From Gemmatimonadales bacterium (GTDB taxonomy: Bacteria > Gemmatimonadota > Gemmatimonadetes > Gemmatimonadales > GWC2-71-9): a DNA stretch of 64,000 bases. Below are positions 18,573 to 30,756 of the stretch, piece after piece. The notes below the pieces were generated by a model, which was given only the letters and a program-made list of their open reading frames with translations, searched no databases and was not told the DNA's origin. The stretch spans positions 33,444 through 97,443 of the forward strand of contig DATNIM010000042.1 of NCBI GenBank assembly GCA_035604455.1. Direction: 5' to 3'. A program made the position numbers and the translations under genes. The stretch's first letter is position 1, and the number at the start of each line of letters is the position of its first letter.

Positions 18573-19907
18573 CTAGGAGGGGAGCGTCGCGGGGTCCGCT
18601 GTCTCGAGCGCGGCCGCTCTTGTGATCTCGCGTGTGATGTGCATGGAGCAGAACCGGGGCCCGCACATCGCGCAGAACTCGGCCGACTTGAAGTACTCGG
18701 CGGGCAGCGCCTCGTCGTGGAGCTCCTCGGCCCGGCCCGGGTCGAGGGCGAGGCGGAACTGCTCCCTCCAATCGAAAGCGAACCGCGCCCGCGAGAGAGC
18801 GTCGTCTCGGTCGCGCGATCCCGGGCGGCGGCGGCCGATGTCCGCCGCGTGGGCCGCGATCTTGTAGGCGATCACGCCTTCGCGCACCTCCTCGGCGTTC
18901 GGCAGGCCGAGGTGCTCCTTGCGGGTGACGTAGCACAGCATGTCGGCCCCATACCAGCCGATCATGGCGGCGCCGATCGCGGACGTGATGTGGTCGTAAC
19001 CCGGCGCGACGTCGGTCACGAGGGGCCCGAGCGTGTAGAAGGGCGCCTCGTGACAGAGCTCTTTCTCCAGGCGCACGTTCACCTCGATCTGGTGCAGGGG
19101 AATGTGCCCCGGGCCCTCGATCATGACCTGGACGTCCTTGGCCCAGGCGCGCTCGGTGAGCTCGCCCAGCGTGACGAGCTCGGCGAGCTGTGCCTTGTCG
19201 GTGGCATCGGCGATCGAACCCGGGCGCAGGCCGTCTCCGAGCGACAGCGTCACGTCATAGCGGCGGGCGATCTCGAGAATCCGGTCGAAGTGGGTGTAGA
19301 GCGGGTTCTCGCGCCCGTGGTGCATCATCCAGTAGGCAAGGAGCGAACCTCCACGCGAGACGATCCCCGTGACGCGCTGGAGCGCGAGCGCCACGTGCGC
19401 CCGCAGCAGCCCGCAGTGCACGGTGACGTAGTCCACGCCCTGGGCGGCCTGGTGCTCGATCATGTCCAACAGGTCGTCGGCAGTGAGCTCCTCGATGCGG
19501 TCGGTTCGCGCGACCGCCTGGTAGATGGGCACCGTGCCGATCGGCACCGGCGACGCCGCGATGATGGCGGTCCGGATGCAATCGATATCGCCGCCGGTCG
19601 AGAGGTCCATGACCGTGTCGGCCCCGTAGTGCACGGCGTGATGGAGCTTTTCGAGCTCGGCGTCGACGTTCGACTCGACCGCCGAGTTGCCGATGTTGGC
19701 GTTGATCTTGACTGAGGCGACGGCCCCGATCGCCATCGGGTCGAGGCGCTGGGCGAGGTGGCCCGTGTTCGCCGGGATCACGAGGCGGCCTCGCGCGACC
19801 TCGTCGCGGATCAATTCGGGGGTGAGCGACTCGCGTTCGGCCACTCGGCGCATCTCGGGCGTGATCACTCGAGCGCGGGCCGAGGCCATCTGCGTGGGGC
19901 AGGTCAT
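18573..19907 (-). CDS. thiC: Phosphomethylpyrimidine synthase
   Basis: Highly conserved ThiC sequence ([22 protein letters not shown]-like [14 protein letters not shown]). Start set at the MTCPTQ ATG (19907) because the upstream 26 codons of the listed ORF lie inside the riboswitch. Confidence 0.95.
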   Translation of the reverse strand: MTCPTQMASARARVITPEMRRVAERESLTPELIRDEVARGRLVIPANTGHLAQRLDPMAIGAVASVKINANIGNSAVESNVDAELEKLHHAVHYGADTVMDLSTGGDIDCIRTAIIAASPVPIGTVPIYQAVARTDRIEELTADDLLDMIEHQAAQGVDYVTVHCGLLRAHVALALQRVTGIVSRGGSLLAYWMMHHGRENPLYTHFDRILEIARRYDVTLSLGDGLRPGSIADATDKAQLAELVTLGELTERAWAKDVQVMIEGPGHIPLHQIEVNVRLEKELCHEAPFYTLGPLVTDVAPGYDHITSAIGAAMIGWYGADMLCYVTRKEHLGLPNAEEVREGVIAYKIAAHAADIGRRRPGSRDRDDALSRARFAFDWREQFRLALDPGRAEELHDEALPAEYFKSAEFCAMCGPRFCSMHITREITRAAALETADPATLPS

Positions 19908-19910
19908 CTT

Positions 19911-19995
19911 GACTCCCTTCGCCGGTGCGAACCGGATCAGGTTCAAAGGGTGTGATCTCAGCCCCGCCCACCCGGGGCAGGGCACCCCTGTCTGT
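19911..19995 (-). promoter_or_regulatory. TPP (THI-box) riboswitch controlling thiC
   Basis: The minus strand reads GACAGGGGUGCCC...GGGGCUGAGAUCACACCCUUUGAACCUGAUCCGGUUCGCACCGGCGAAGGGAGUC. This matches the conserved GGGGUGC / CUGAGA / ACCCUUUGAACCUGAUC / AGGGA elements and ends 3 nt before the ATG. Confidence 0.92.
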
Positions 19996-20024
19996 ACCCG
20001 GCCAAGGTAACTGGGCCGTGCTCC

Positions 20025-20573
20025 CTAGGGCAGCTCGCGGGGAACCGGTACCCCGTGCCGTTCGGCCGGCGCGTGCAGCTTGTCCCACTCCGCTCGAAAC
20101 GCGAAGGGATCGAGGCCCGCTGCCCGGTCAACCGCGACAATCCCGTCCAAGTGGTCGATCTCGTGCTGCACGAGCTCGGCCATCGGGCCTTCGAGAGCGA
20201 GCGTGTGCTCCTTGGCCTTGAGGTCCAAGTAGTGGACCGTCACCTGGTAGGCCCGGGTGACCCGCACGAGCAGGTTCGGGAAGCAGAAGCAGTCGTCCCA
20301 GACGAGAAAGTCGTCGGGCCCGATGTCGGTGATCTCGGGGTTGACCATGGTCCAGCGCTGGCGCTCGGACTCGAGGAACACCACCCGCACAGGCGCCCCG
20401 ATCTGGGGGGCGGCGAGTGCCCGTCCCAGGCGATGCCGTTTGCGGACGGCTCGAAGCGTGTCGCGCAGGTCGTCGGCCACGAGGCGGATCGACGCCGATC
20501 GCGGATCAAGAACCCGCTCGCAGCGAGCCCGGAGCACCGGGTCGCCCAACTGACGAACGCGACGTATTGCCAT
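20025..20573 (-). CDS. def: Peptide deformylase-like protein
   Basis: GRALAAPQIG (motif 1) and HEIDHLDG (motif 3) are present. Motif 2 is divergent (DDCFCFP instead of EGCLS). Start at MAIRRV. Confidence 0.8.
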   Translation of the reverse strand: MAIRRVRQLGDPVLRARCERVLDPRSASIRLVADDLRDTLRAVRKRHRLGRALAAPQIGAPVRVVFLESERQRWTMVNPEITDIGPDDFLVWDDCFCFPNLLVRVTRAYQVTVHYLDLKAKEHTLALEGPMAELVQHEIDHLDGIVAVDRAAGLDPFAFRAEWDKLHAPAERHGVPVPRELP

Positions 20574-20681
20574 GGGCGGCAAATGTCGGGGCTTGGGGCG
20601 GGCCGTGCAACTCCCCAAGAGGGGCCTGAAACATCATGCCCCGCAAGTGGTTGGGAATTCGCACCAATTTGTGTGTTTTAG

Positions 20682-20710
20682 TTGACAATCCCGAATAAGA
20701 TGTTTAGGAT
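20682..20710 (+). promoter_or_regulatory. Candidate sigma70 promoter of sufR and the suf operon
   Basis: TTGACA (20682-20687), a 17-nt spacer, then TAGGAT (20705-20710). Confidence 0.45.
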
Positions 20711-21391
20711 TCGCCGTGTGACCCCGGAAGAGACCCCGCAACTGGCGTCCCACAAAGGACTTCGGGGCGCTATCCTGCTCGAGCTGAAGCGGGCGGCGCC
20801 TTGTACCGCGAAACAGCTCGCCGAACGGCTGCACGTGTCGGCCAATGCGATCCGGCATCATCTGAAAGAGCTCGAGACCGAAGGGCTCATCGCCTACGGG
20901 CGGGAGCAGCGCGGTGTCGGGGCTCCGACCAACACCTACCGGCTCGCGCCGCGGGGGGAAGCGCTCTTCCCGCGCCGTTATGAGGAAGCGCTTACGCTCT
21001 TGCTCGAGCGAGTGGTGGCGCGGGACGGCCGCCAGGCGGCGGTCGAGTTGTTCGAGGAGCATTACCGGGAGCTCATCGCAGGCTGGAGCGCGGAGCTCGC
21101 CGACGCCGACCCCTGCGGCCGGCTCGAGCTGGTCGCCCGGCTGATGACGGAGGCTGGGTATATGGCGGAGTGGCGCGAAGCGGCCGGGCGGTTTCGGTTG
21201 GCTGAGCACAACTGCGCCATGCGAGCGGTGGCGGAGCGATTTCCGGAGGTCTGCGTGGCTGAGGAGAACTTCCTCCGTCACGCGCTCGGCGCCCAAGTGG
21301 AGCGGAGCTCCCATATCGCGAGTGGGTGCAACGCCTGTGAGTATACGATCACGTTTACCGGGCCGTCCCCTTCGCCCGGTGTGGAGCCCGC

Positions 21392-21395
<4 letters not shown>
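20682..21395 (+). CDS. sufR: SufR-like winged-helix (ArsR/DeoR-type) Fe-S cluster regulator
   Basis: HTH region [40 protein letters not shown], with C-terminal Cys residues (HNCAMRA...EVCVAE...GCNACE). Its stop overlaps the sufB ATG. The true start is probably ATG 20700 or GTG 20718, because 20682-20710 looks like the promoter. Confidence 0.8.
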
Positions 21396-22824
<1,429 letters not shown>

Positions 22825-22828
<4 letters not shown>

Positions 22829-23589
22829 CGGGGCCGCTGCTTCAAGTGCGGGGGCTGCACGCCGAGGTCGAGGGCCGGGAGATCCTGCGGGGCATCGATC
22901 TCGAGGTGCGTGCAGGCGAAGTGCACGCGATCATGGGCCCGAACGGCTCGGGGAAGAGCACGCTGGCGCAGGTGCTGGCCGGGCACCCCGCGTACGCCGT
23001 GACGGCCGGGAGCGTGCGGTTTCGGGATCAGGATCTGCTCGCGCTCAAGCCCGAGGAACGCGCGCGGGCGGGGCTCTTTCTCGCGTTTCAGTATCCGGTG
23101 GCGATCCGCGGGATCACGAACGCGTATTTTCTCCGGGCCGCGTTGAACGCCGTGCGGCAGGCCCGCGGCGAAGAGCCGCTCGGGCCGGTGGAGTTCATGG
23201 ACGCTCTGGCCGACAAGGTCAAGTTGATCGGCTGGGACGACAGCTACCTGCAGCGGTCGGTGAACGAAGGTTTTTCGGGCGGTGAGAAGAAACGCAACGA
23301 GATTCTGCAGCTCGCGGTGCTTGAGCCGGCGCTCGCGGTGCTGGACGAGACCGATTCGGGGCTCGACATCGACGCGTTGAAGACGGTCGCCGGGGCCGTG
23401 GTGGAGCTCCGCCGGCCGGACAACGCCACGCTTCTGATCACGCACTATCACCGGATCCTCGCGCACGTCGCGCCCGACTGGGTGCACGTGCTCGCCGCCG
23501 GGCGCATCGTGAAGTCGGGGCGCCGGGAGCTCGCCTTGGAGCTCGAAGAGCGCGGCTACGACTGGCTGCGCGAAGAGGCGGCGGTGTGA
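22825..23589 (+). CDS. sufC: Fe-S cluster assembly ATPase SufC
   Basis: Starts at [11 protein letters not shown] (an ATGA overlap with sufB). Walker [10 protein letters not shown], signature [11 protein letters not shown], and LDETDSGLD. Confidence 0.95.
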
Positions 23590-24872
23590 CCGAGGCGACC
23601 GACCCGAGGGCGCGCTACCTCGAACTCTTCCGGGCCACACCCCCTCCCGAGGGGCCGGCCTGGGTGCGGGAGCTTCGCAGCGGGGCGATCGACCGCTTCG
23701 CGGCGCGCGGGTTTCCCTCCATGAAGGAAGAGGACTGGCGCTTCACGAGCGTCGCGGCCATCGCCGAGACGCCGTTCGTGCCCGCACGCGCGGGGCATGC
23801 GGCGCCCGCGGTGGCGGGTCTCGCGGGGCCCGGGGCGCTGACATTCGTCGTGGCAGACGGTGGCGCCGCGAGCGCGCCGCACGGCGTGCGGATCGAGAGC
23901 CTGCGGGCGGCGCTGGCGCGAGACCCGGAATTCGTGCGCCGGCACCTGGGCCAGGTGGCGCATGACGACGCGAGTCCGTTTACCGCCCTCAACACCGCAT
24001 TTCTTGGGGACGGGGCGTTCGTCCATGTGCCCGACGGTGTGAGCCTCGAGGCGCCGATCGAGCTCGTGTTCGTCGGAGGCAGCCACGGCGCACCGACGGT
24101 GCGACAACCCCGCGCGCTGATCGTCGTGGGAGCGGGCGCCCGGGCGACTGTGGTCGAGCGCTACGTCGCCGGAGACGGCGGCGTCGGCTGGACGAACGCG
24201 GTGACCGAAGTCGAGGTCGGGGCCGCGGCGTCGCTTGAGTTGTACCGTGTGCAGCAGGAAAGCACGCGCGGGTTTCAGGTCGCCACGACGGCGACTCGCC
24301 AGAGGGCGTCGTCCACGCTCCGCCTCCACCCGCTCGCATTCGGCGCGGCGCTCGCCCGACACGACATCCGCACGGAGCTCGCGGGGCGCGACGCGGCGCT
24401 CATCCTGAACGGCCTCTACGTCCTCGGCGGCCGCCAGCACGCGGACCACCACACGGTGATCGACCACGCCGCGCCCGCGTGCACGAGCCACGAGTATTTC
24501 AACGGGCTCTTGGGCGAGCAGGCGCACGGCGTCTTCAACGGCCGCATCATCGTTCGTCCCGGCGCCCAGCGTACGGACTCGAAGCAGACCAACAACAACC
24601 TGCTGCTCTCAAACGACGCCCGGGCCGACAGCCAGCCCCAGCTCGAGATCTACGCCGACGACGTGAAATGCACCCACGGCTCGACCGTCGGGCCGCTCGA
24701 TGAAACGGCCGTCTACTATCTCCGGAGCCGGGGGCTCGACCCGGAAACCGCGGCCGCGATGCTCACGTACGGATTCGCCGGCGAGATCCTCGACCGCATG
24801 GAGCATCGGGGCGTGCGCGCCGCGTGCGATGCGCTGATCCGCGCCCGGCTCGGGTCGAGCGAGGCCCGCTGA
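23586..24872 (+). CDS. sufD: Fe-S cluster assembly protein SufD
   Basis: 428 aa in the position between sufC and sufS. The C-terminal beta-helix region is conserved (QTNNNLLLSNDARADSQPQLEIYADDVKCTHGSTVG). Confidence 0.9.
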   Translation: MTEATDPRARYLELFRATPPPEGPAWVRELRSGAIDRFAARGFPSMKEEDWRFTSVAAIAETPFVPARAGHAAPAVAGLAGPGALTFVVADGGAASAPHGVRIESLRAALARDPEFVRRHLGQVAHDDASPFTALNTAFLGDGAFVHVPDGVSLEAPIELVFVGGSHGAPTVRQPRALIVVGAGARATVVERYVAGDGGVGWTNAVTEVEVGAAASLELYRVQQESTRGFQVATTATRQRASSTLRLHPLAFGAALARHDIRTELAGRDAALILNGLYVLGGRQHADHHTVIDHAAPACTSHEYFNGLLGEQAHGVFNGRIIVRPGAQRTDSKQTNNNLLLSNDARADSQPQLEIYADDVKCTHGSTVGPLDETAVYYLRSRGLDPETAAAMLTYGFAGEILDRMEHRGVRAACDALIRARLGSSEAR

Positions 24873-26101
24873 TGCTCGACGCCGCCCGGCTTCGCGCAGA
24901 CTTCCCGCTGCTCGCGGCTGCGGGTGGCGCGCGGCGCGTCATCTACATCGACAACGCGGCAACCACCCAGAAGCCGGCTCGAGTACTCGCCGCGCTGGAC
25001 GACTACTACCGCACCAGCAACGCCAACGTGCACCGCGGCGCCTACGCGCTCGCGGTCCGGGCCACCGAGGCGTACGAAGGGGCGCGCGAACGGCTCTCGC
25101 GGTTCGTGCACGCCTGGGCCCCGGACGGCGTGGTCTTCACGCGCGGCACGACCGAAGCCATCAACCTTGTGGCGTCCGCGTGGGGCCGGGCGAACGTGCG
25201 CGCCGGCGACACGATCGTCGTCACCGCGATGGATCATCACTCGAACCTCGTGCCCTGGCAGATCCTCTGTCAGGAGCGGGGGGCTACGATCCGGATGGTC
25301 GAGGTCACGCGCGACGGGCGGCTCGACGAGGAGGATTTCAGGCGGGCGCTTGAACGGCGGCCGCGGCTCGTAGCCCTCCCGTACGTGTCGAACGTGCTCG
25401 GGACGATCAACCCGGTGGCCGAATTGACCCGGCTGGCACACGCGGCCGGCGCGCTTGTGTTGGTGGACGGGGCGCAGTCGACGCCGCACCTGCGGGTCGA
25501 CCTCGTGGCGCTCGATTGCGACTTCTACGCGCTCTCGGGCCACAAGATGCTCGGTCCCATGGGGTCGGGCGCGCTCATCGCCAAACCCGCCGTGCTCGAC
25601 GCCATGCCGCCCTACCACGGCGGCGGGGAGATGATCAAGCGCGTATGGGATGATCATGCGAGCTACGCCGCCCTGCCCCACAAGTTCGAAGCAGGAACCC
25701 CGAACGTGGAGGGCGCGGTCGGCTTGGCGGCGGCGATCGACTACTTGGAAGAGATCGGGCTCGAGAAGATCGCCGAGCACGAAGCCGCACTCGCCGCGGC
25801 CGCCGTGGCAGAGCTTGGCCGCATCGAGGGGATCACCGTGTTCGGTCCGCAGGACCACCGGGCGGGCGTGGTGTCGTTCGTTTACGGCGACATCCATCCG
25901 CACGACCTGGCCACGATCCTCGACCAGGACGGCGTGTGCATCAGAGCCGGGCACCACTGCGCGCAGCCGTTGATGCGGCGGCTCGGCGTCCCGGCGACCG
26001 CGCGCGCCTCCTTCTACCTCTACAACGACCTGAGCGACGTGTCCGCGCTGGCGGCCGGGCTGGTCAAAGCAGGAGGGCTGTTTGGGCACGTCCCGGCCTG
26101 A
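24872..26101 (+). CDS. sufS: Cysteine desulfurase SufS (class V aminotransferase, group II)
   Basis: Starts at MLDAARLRADFPLL, overlapping the sufD stop. IYIDNAATTQKP, the PLP-lysine context SGHKMLGP, and the active-site loop RAGHHCAQP. Confidence 0.95.
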   Translation: MLDAARLRADFPLLAAAGGARRVIYIDNAATTQKPARVLAALDDYYRTSNANVHRGAYALAVRATEAYEGARERLSRFVHAWAPDGVVFTRGTTEAINLVASAWGRANVRAGDTIVVTAMDHHSNLVPWQILCQERGATIRMVEVTRDGRLDEEDFRRALERRPRLVALPYVSNVLGTINPVAELTRLAHAAGALVLVDGAQSTPHLRVDLVALDCDFYALSGHKMLGPMGSGALIAKPAVLDAMPPYHGGGEMIKRVWDDHASYAALPHKFEAGTPNVEGAVGLAAAIDYLEEIGLEKIAEHEAALAAAAVAELGRIEGITVFGPQDHRAGVVSFVYGDIHPHDLATILDQDGVCIRAGHHCAQPLMRRLGVPATARASFYLYNDLSDVSALAAGLVKAGGLFGHVPA

Positions 26102-26525
26102 GCCCGCGCTCGTCGCGCTCTACCAGGATCTCATCCTGGACCACTACCGGCGCCCGCGGAACCAGGGGGCGCTCGAGCACCCGACCCACAGCGTCGCGCT
26201 CACGAACCCGTTGTGCGGCGATGAAATCGATCTCGATCTCGAGGTTCAGGACGACGTGATCCAGGACGTTCGGTTTCGGGGTCGGGGGTGCTCGATCAGT
26301 CAGGCCGCGGCGTCCATGATGACCCAGGTCGTGAAAGCCCGGCCCCGGAGCGACGCGCTCGCGCTCGCCGAGCGTATGACCGCCATGATGCACGGCGACG
26401 CGGGGGCCGCTGCCGATCGGGCCTTGGGCGATCTGCGCGCGCTCGCCGGCGTGGCCAAGTTTCCCGTCCGCGTCAAGTGCGCGCTGCTGCCGTGGAACGC
26501 GCTCAAGGACGCTCTCAAGTCCTAG
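26082..26525 (+). CDS. sufU: SUF-type NifU/IscU-like scaffold SufU
   Basis: LYQDLILDHYRRPRN...NPLCGDEIDL...GRGCSISQAAASMMT...KCALLPW, the three Cys ligands typical of SufU. Confidence 0.9.
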   Translation: MGTSRPEPALVALYQDLILDHYRRPRNQGALEHPTHSVALTNPLCGDEIDLDLEVQDDVIQDVRFRGRGCSISQAAASMMTQVVKARPRSDALALAERMTAMMHGDAGAAADRALGDLRALAGVAKFPVRVKCALLPWNALKDALKS

Positions 26526-26595
26526 CCACGTAGCCGCTACCCCAGTCGCACCCGCACCGTCATATTCGCGTCACCCCCCTAGCTCGAGAATCCCC

Positions 26596-27537
26596 GTGAC
26601 GCCTGTCCTCGTCCTTGAGCGCGTGACCAAGCGCTTCGCGGGCCACACGGCCGTGGACGCCCTGTCGCTCACGGTCCCTGCGGGCGGGATCTTCGGCCTC
26701 CTCGGCCCAAACGGCGCCGGCAAGACGACGACCATTCGGATGATCCTCCACATCGTCCTCCCCGACGAGGGGGTGGTCCGGCTCTTCGGCGAGGCGGGGA
26801 GTGCGCGCGACTACTCCGCCCGGATCGGCTACCTCCCCGAGGAGCGCGGGCTGTACCGGAAGATGCGCGTGCTCGACGTGCTCGTGTTTCTGGCCGAGAT
26901 GAAGGGCGTCGAGCGCCGCGCCGCGCGGGCGAGCGCCGAGGAATGGCTCGAACGGTTCGGGCTCGCCGACTGGCGGCTACGGCGCGTGGACGAGCTGTCC
27001 AAGGGCATGCAGCAGAAGGTGCAGTTCATCTCGACCGTGCTGCACAAGCCCTCGCTCGTCGTCCTGGACGAGCCCTTCGCCGGGCTTGACCCCGTGAACG
27101 CGCAGGTCTTGAAGGACGCGGTCTTGGCGCTGCGGGAGGGCGGGGCGACGGTGCTCTTCTCGACCCATATAATGGAACAGGCGGAGAAGCTCTGCGACGC
27201 GCTCGGGATCATCGTGCGCGGCCGCCTGGTCGCCTCGGGTGCCCTGGCCGACATCAAGCGCACATCATCGCGACAGCATGTGATCATCGGGTTCGCGGGC
27301 GACCCCGGGAGGGCAGCGGTGCTGTTCTCGGATCGCGCGCTCGTCGCGGCGGTCGACGACTATGGACGATACGCCGAGCTCGAGCTCGCCCCGGGGGCCG
27401 ATCCACAGCGCCTGCTCGCCGAGCTCGTTGGTCAAGGCGCCCCGCTGTCGCGCTTCGAGATCGTCGAGCCGTCGCTGCACAAGATCTTCCTCGATCTCGT
27501 GGGCCCCGAAGCGGCCGGGGAGGCACCTCGTGCGTAA
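26596..27537 (+). CDS. ABC transporter ATP-binding protein (ABC-2/NatA-like)
   Basis: Walker A GPNGAGKTT, signature LSKGMQQKV, and Walker B LVVLDEPFAGLD. Confidence 0.92.
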   Translation: MTPVLVLERVTKRFAGHTAVDALSLTVPAGGIFGLLGPNGAGKTTTIRMILHIVLPDEGVVRLFGEAGSARDYSARIGYLPEERGLYRKMRVLDVLVFLAEMKGVERRAARASAEEWLERFGLADWRLRRVDELSKGMQQKVQFISTVLHKPSLVVLDEPFAGLDPVNAQVLKDAVLALREGGATVLFSTHIMEQAEKLCDALGIIVRGRLVASGALADIKRTSSRQHVIIGFAGDPGRAAVLFSDRALVAAVDDYGRYAELELAPGADPQRLLAELVGQGAPLSRFEIVEPSLHKIFLDLVGPEAAGEAPRA

Positions 27538-28774
27538 GGTGGTCGCCGTCGTGCGCCGTGAGTTCGTCGAGCGCGTGCGGAGCCGGTGGTTCTGGATCTC
27601 CTCGGCTATCGTCCCCACGCTGTTCGGCGCCCTGCTCTTCCTGCCCGCGATGCTCGCCACGGGCGGCGCGGCCAAGCGCCTCGTCGTCGTCGATGCGACC
27701 GATTCGGGCCTTGGAGGGTCGCTGGCCGAGGCCTTGGGCGGAAGCGGCGTGTTTGTCGCCACGCGGATCCCTGCCGGAGCGGGCGTCGTCGACTCGCTCG
27801 TGCGCGAGGTCGGCGCAAAGCGGCTGGACGGCTTCGTCGTTCTGAGTGAAGACGCCATCGCCTCGGGCGATGTGCAGTACCGCGCGTCCAACGTGTCGTC
27901 GCTCCGCGACATCAGCGAGCTCGAGCGCGTGCTCTCACAGGTCATCACGGTCGCCCGCTTGAAGCGCGCGGGCATCGACCCGGCCATCATGGCGCGGGCC
28001 GAGCAAAGCATCCACCTCGAGACCGAGAAGATCTCGCGCTCGCGCACCACGGGCGAGAACGCCGCGCAGTCGTTCTCGCTCGCGTATTTCATGGGGATCA
28101 TCCTGTACACGGTGATCCTCATGTACGGCGTGAACGTGAAGAGCTCGGTGCTTGAAGAGAAGACGACCCGCATTGTCGAGGTGCTGGTGAGCTCGATCCG
28201 GCCGTTCCCGCTCCTGCTCGGGAAAGTGGTGGGCGTGGGCGCGGTCTCACTCCTGCAGCTCGTGCTGTGGGTGGTGCTCGGTCGGGCGCTGCTCGCGAGC
28301 CGCGGGCTCCACGGTCCCGAGCTGCTCGGTGGCGTATTTGAGGTGCCGCAGATCTCGGTCGCGACGGGCACGGTGTTCCTCGCGTACTTCCTGGGCGGCT
28401 TCTTCATCTATTCGGCGATGTTCGCGGCGGTGGGTGCCATCTCGTCGAGCGAGCAGGAGGCGCAGCAGGCCCAGCAGCCGATCGTCCTGATGCTCGTAGC
28501 CTCGTTCCTCTCGATGTTCGTGCTCTTGAACGATCCCGGCTCAAAGTTGTCGGTGGCGCTCTCGCTCGTGCCGTTCACGTCGCCCATCGCGATGCCCGTG
28601 CGTTGGGCGGCGGGCGATCTCCCGCCGGGCGAGGTCGCGGCCTCGCTCGCGCTCCTGGTGGCTGGGATCGTGGGCGTGACGTGGGTCGCGGCGCGCATCT
28701 ATCGCGTCGGGATTTTGATGACGGGCAAGCGCCCGGGTGTGCGCGAGCTCTGGCGCTGGGTGCGCGCGGGGTAA
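27530..28774 (+). CDS. ABC-2 type permease (NatB-like)
   Basis: The GTG at 27530 overlaps the ATPase stop. One N-terminal TM helix, a large extracytoplasmic loop, then five C-terminal TM helices. The listed 27362 start lies inside the ATPase gene and is rejected. Confidence 0.85.
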   Translation: MRKVVAVVRREFVERVRSRWFWISSAIVPTLFGALLFLPAMLATGGAAKRLVVVDATDSGLGGSLAEALGGSGVFVATRIPAGAGVVDSLVREVGAKRLDGFVVLSEDAIASGDVQYRASNVSSLRDISELERVLSQVITVARLKRAGIDPAIMARAEQSIHLETEKISRSRTTGENAAQSFSLAYFMGIILYTVILMYGVNVKSSVLEEKTTRIVEVLVSSIRPFPLLLGKVVGVGAVSLLQLVLWVVLGRALLASRGLHGPELLGGVFEVPQISVATGTVFLAYFLGGFFIYSAMFAAVGAISSSEQEAQQAQQPIVLMLVASFLSMFVLLNDPGSKLSVALSLVPFTSPIAMPVRWAAGDLPPGEVAASLALLVAGIVGVTWVAARIYRVGILMTGKRPGVRELWRWVRAG

Positions 28775-28826
28775 CGCGGTCGGAATCCCCCGCCCCGCTG
28801 GCGGAGTGGAGCGGGAGTGCGGTAGT

Positions 28827-30704
28827 ATGTCCCCCATGACTAGGGTCGTGGTCGTCGGCGCCGGGCATGCCGGGTGCGAAGCGGCGGTCGCCGCCGCGAG
28901 ACTCGGCGCTCGCGTGCTCCTCGTCACGTCGAACCTCGACACGATCGGTCACATGAGCTGCAACCCCGCGATCGGTGGCATCGCGAAGGGCACGCTCGTT
29001 CGGGAAATCGACGCGTTGGGCGGCCTCATGGGGCGCGCCGCCGACCGCGCCACGATTCAGTTCCGGATGTTGAACCGCTCGAAGGGTCCTGCCGTCTGGG
29101 CCCCGCGCGCCCAATGCGACCGCACCCTGTATCGGCGGGCGGTCCGCGTCCTGCTCGAGCGGTGGCCAGACTTGGCCATCACGCAAGGTCATGTGAAGCG
29201 GCTGCTCGTCGACGGTGGCGCGGTGCGCGGCGTCGAGCTCCTGGACGGCCGCCGCCTCGAGGCGGGCGCCGTGGTGCTCACCGCAGGGACATTTCTCCGT
29301 GGCTCGATTCACATCGGGACCGAGCTCCGGACGCCGGGCGGCCGGGCCGGGGATGCGCCGGCGGTGGCGATTGCAGAAGATGTTGAGGCTCTTGGACTTA
29401 CCGTGTCGCGCTTCAAAACGGGCACGCCCCCGCGGGTCGATGGCCGCACGGTCGACTGGACACAAGTTGAGCGCCAGGACGGCGAGGCCGGGGATTATCG
29501 GTTCTCGGTCTATGAGCGTGCAGAGCGCCTCCCTCAAGTCCCCTGTTGGCTCACGTGGGCGGGCGCCCCGGTGAAGGAGCTCGTGCACCGGCACCTGCAT
29601 CAATCCGCCATGTACGGCGGCGCCATCCACGCCCGCGGGCCCCGCTACTGCCCTTCGATCGAAGACAAGATCGTGAAGTTCCCCGAGGCCGAGCGCCATC
29701 AGGTGTTCCTCGAGCCCGAGGGTCTGGATACCCACGAGCTCTACGTGAACGGGCTCTCGACCTCGCTGCCGGTGAGCGTGCAGCTCGAGATGCTCGCCCT
29801 TGTCCCCGGACTCGAGGGCGCGCGGATGACGCGCCCCGGGTACGCGATCGAATACGACTACTACCCACCGACGCAGCTCACGCCGTGGCTCGAGACCAAG
29901 GCGGTTGAGCGGTTGTTTTTGGCGGGCCAGATCAACGGCACGACGGGTTACGAGGAGGCGGGAGCGCAGGGCCTGCTCGCCGGCCTCAACGCGGTCCGCC
30001 GTCTCGAGGACCGTGAGCCCGTCGTGCTCGGGCGCGACGACGCCTACATCGGGGTGCTGGCCGACGACCTGGTGACGCGTGGTGTCGACGAGCCGTATCG
30101 CCTGTTCACGTCGCGCGCCGAGTTCCGGCTGCTGCTGCGACAGGACAACGCACTGCGCCGGCTCCTGCCGCTGGCCGAGCGCGCGGGGCTCCTCTCGACT
30201 GAGGAACTGGCGACGGCCGAGCGCAGGCTCGGAGACGAAGAGCGCGTGCTCGCGCTCGCCCGGGAGACCGTACTCGACCCCGTTGCGGCTGAGGGCGCGG
30301 TAGGCCCGCTTCGGGCGCCCGAGTCAGTCAGCGTCCTCGCCCGTCGGCCCGGCGTCGGGCTGGGGGCCCTGTTCGCCGCGGCGCACGTCGAGCTCGACGT
30401 CTCGGGCGACGTACTCGCGGCGGCGGAGGTCGAGATCAAGTACGCCGGGTACCTGGCGCGAGAGCGTGAAGCAGCCGCGCGTCTCGCGGAGCTCGCCTCG
30501 TTCACGATCCCGCCCGAGCTTCCCTACCTCGCCTTGCACAGTCTCGCCACGGAAGCGCGCCACAAGCTCCACGGCATTCGCCCGACATCGCTCGCCCAGG
30601 CGGCGCGGATCCCCGGCGTGTCGCCGAGCGATCTGCACAACCTCGTCGCCGAGACATTGCGGTGGCGCCGCGGCCTAACACCCGCCCCTACAATGAATTC
30701 CTGA
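28827..30704 (+). CDS. mnmG: tRNA uridine 5-carboxymethylaminomethyl modification enzyme MnmG (GidA)
   Basis: Starts at [20 protein letters not shown] (FAD dinucleotide fold). Conserved [13 protein letters not shown] and [12 protein letters not shown]. Confidence 0.96.
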   Translation: MSPMTRVVVVGAGHAGCEAAVAAARLGARVLLVTSNLDTIGHMSCNPAIGGIAKGTLVREIDALGGLMGRAADRATIQFRMLNRSKGPAVWAPRAQCDRTLYRRAVRVLLERWPDLAITQGHVKRLLVDGGAVRGVELLDGRRLEAGAVVLTAGTFLRGSIHIGTELRTPGGRAGDAPAVAIAEDVEALGLTVSRFKTGTPPRVDGRTVDWTQVERQDGEAGDYRFSVYERAERLPQVPCWLTWAGAPVKELVHRHLHQSAMYGGAIHARGPRYCPSIEDKIVKFPEAERHQVFLEPEGLDTHELYVNGLSTSLPVSVQLEMLALVPGLEGARMTRPGYAIEYDYYPPTQLTPWLETKAVERLFLAGQINGTTGYEEAGAQGLLAGLNAVRRLEDREPVVLGRDDAYIGVLADDLVTRGVDEPYRLFTSRAEFRLLLRQDNALRRLLPLAERAGLLSTEELATAERRLGDEERVLALARETVLDPVAAEGAVGPLRAPESVSVLARRPGVGLGALFAAAHVELDVSGDVLAAAEVEIKYAGYLAREREAAARLAELASFTIPPELPYLALHSLATEARHKLHGIRPTSLAQAARIPGVSPSDLHNLVAETLRWRRGLTPAPTMNS

Positions 30705-30716
30705 AGCACGAGGCTT

Positions 30717-30732
30717 TGTTTCACGTGAAACA
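30717..30732. other. parS centromere-like site 1 (TGTTTCACGTGAAACA, perfect 16-bp palindrome)
   Basis: Exact match to the canonical parS consensus TGTTNCACGTGAAACA. It lies 111 nt upstream of parA. Confidence 0.9.
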
Positions 30733-30740
30733 GGCTCCAG

Positions 30741-30756
30741 CGTTTCACGTGAAACG
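30741..30756. other. parS centromere-like site 2 (CGTTTCACGTGAAACG, perfect 16-bp palindrome)
   Basis: Same 14-bp core (GTTTCACGTGAAAC) as site 1, with a centre-to-centre distance of 24 bp. Confidence 0.85.

Noticed and set aside
28737-28826. N-terminal extensions offered by the ORF track for mnmG, sufS (24824), sufC (22258), rsgA (46788), DJ-1 (52050) and flavin reductase (53593)
   Set aside because: Each extension overlaps the preceding gene or has junk composition. Each conserved protein N-terminus begins at an internal start that is SD-preceded or overlaps the upstream stop.
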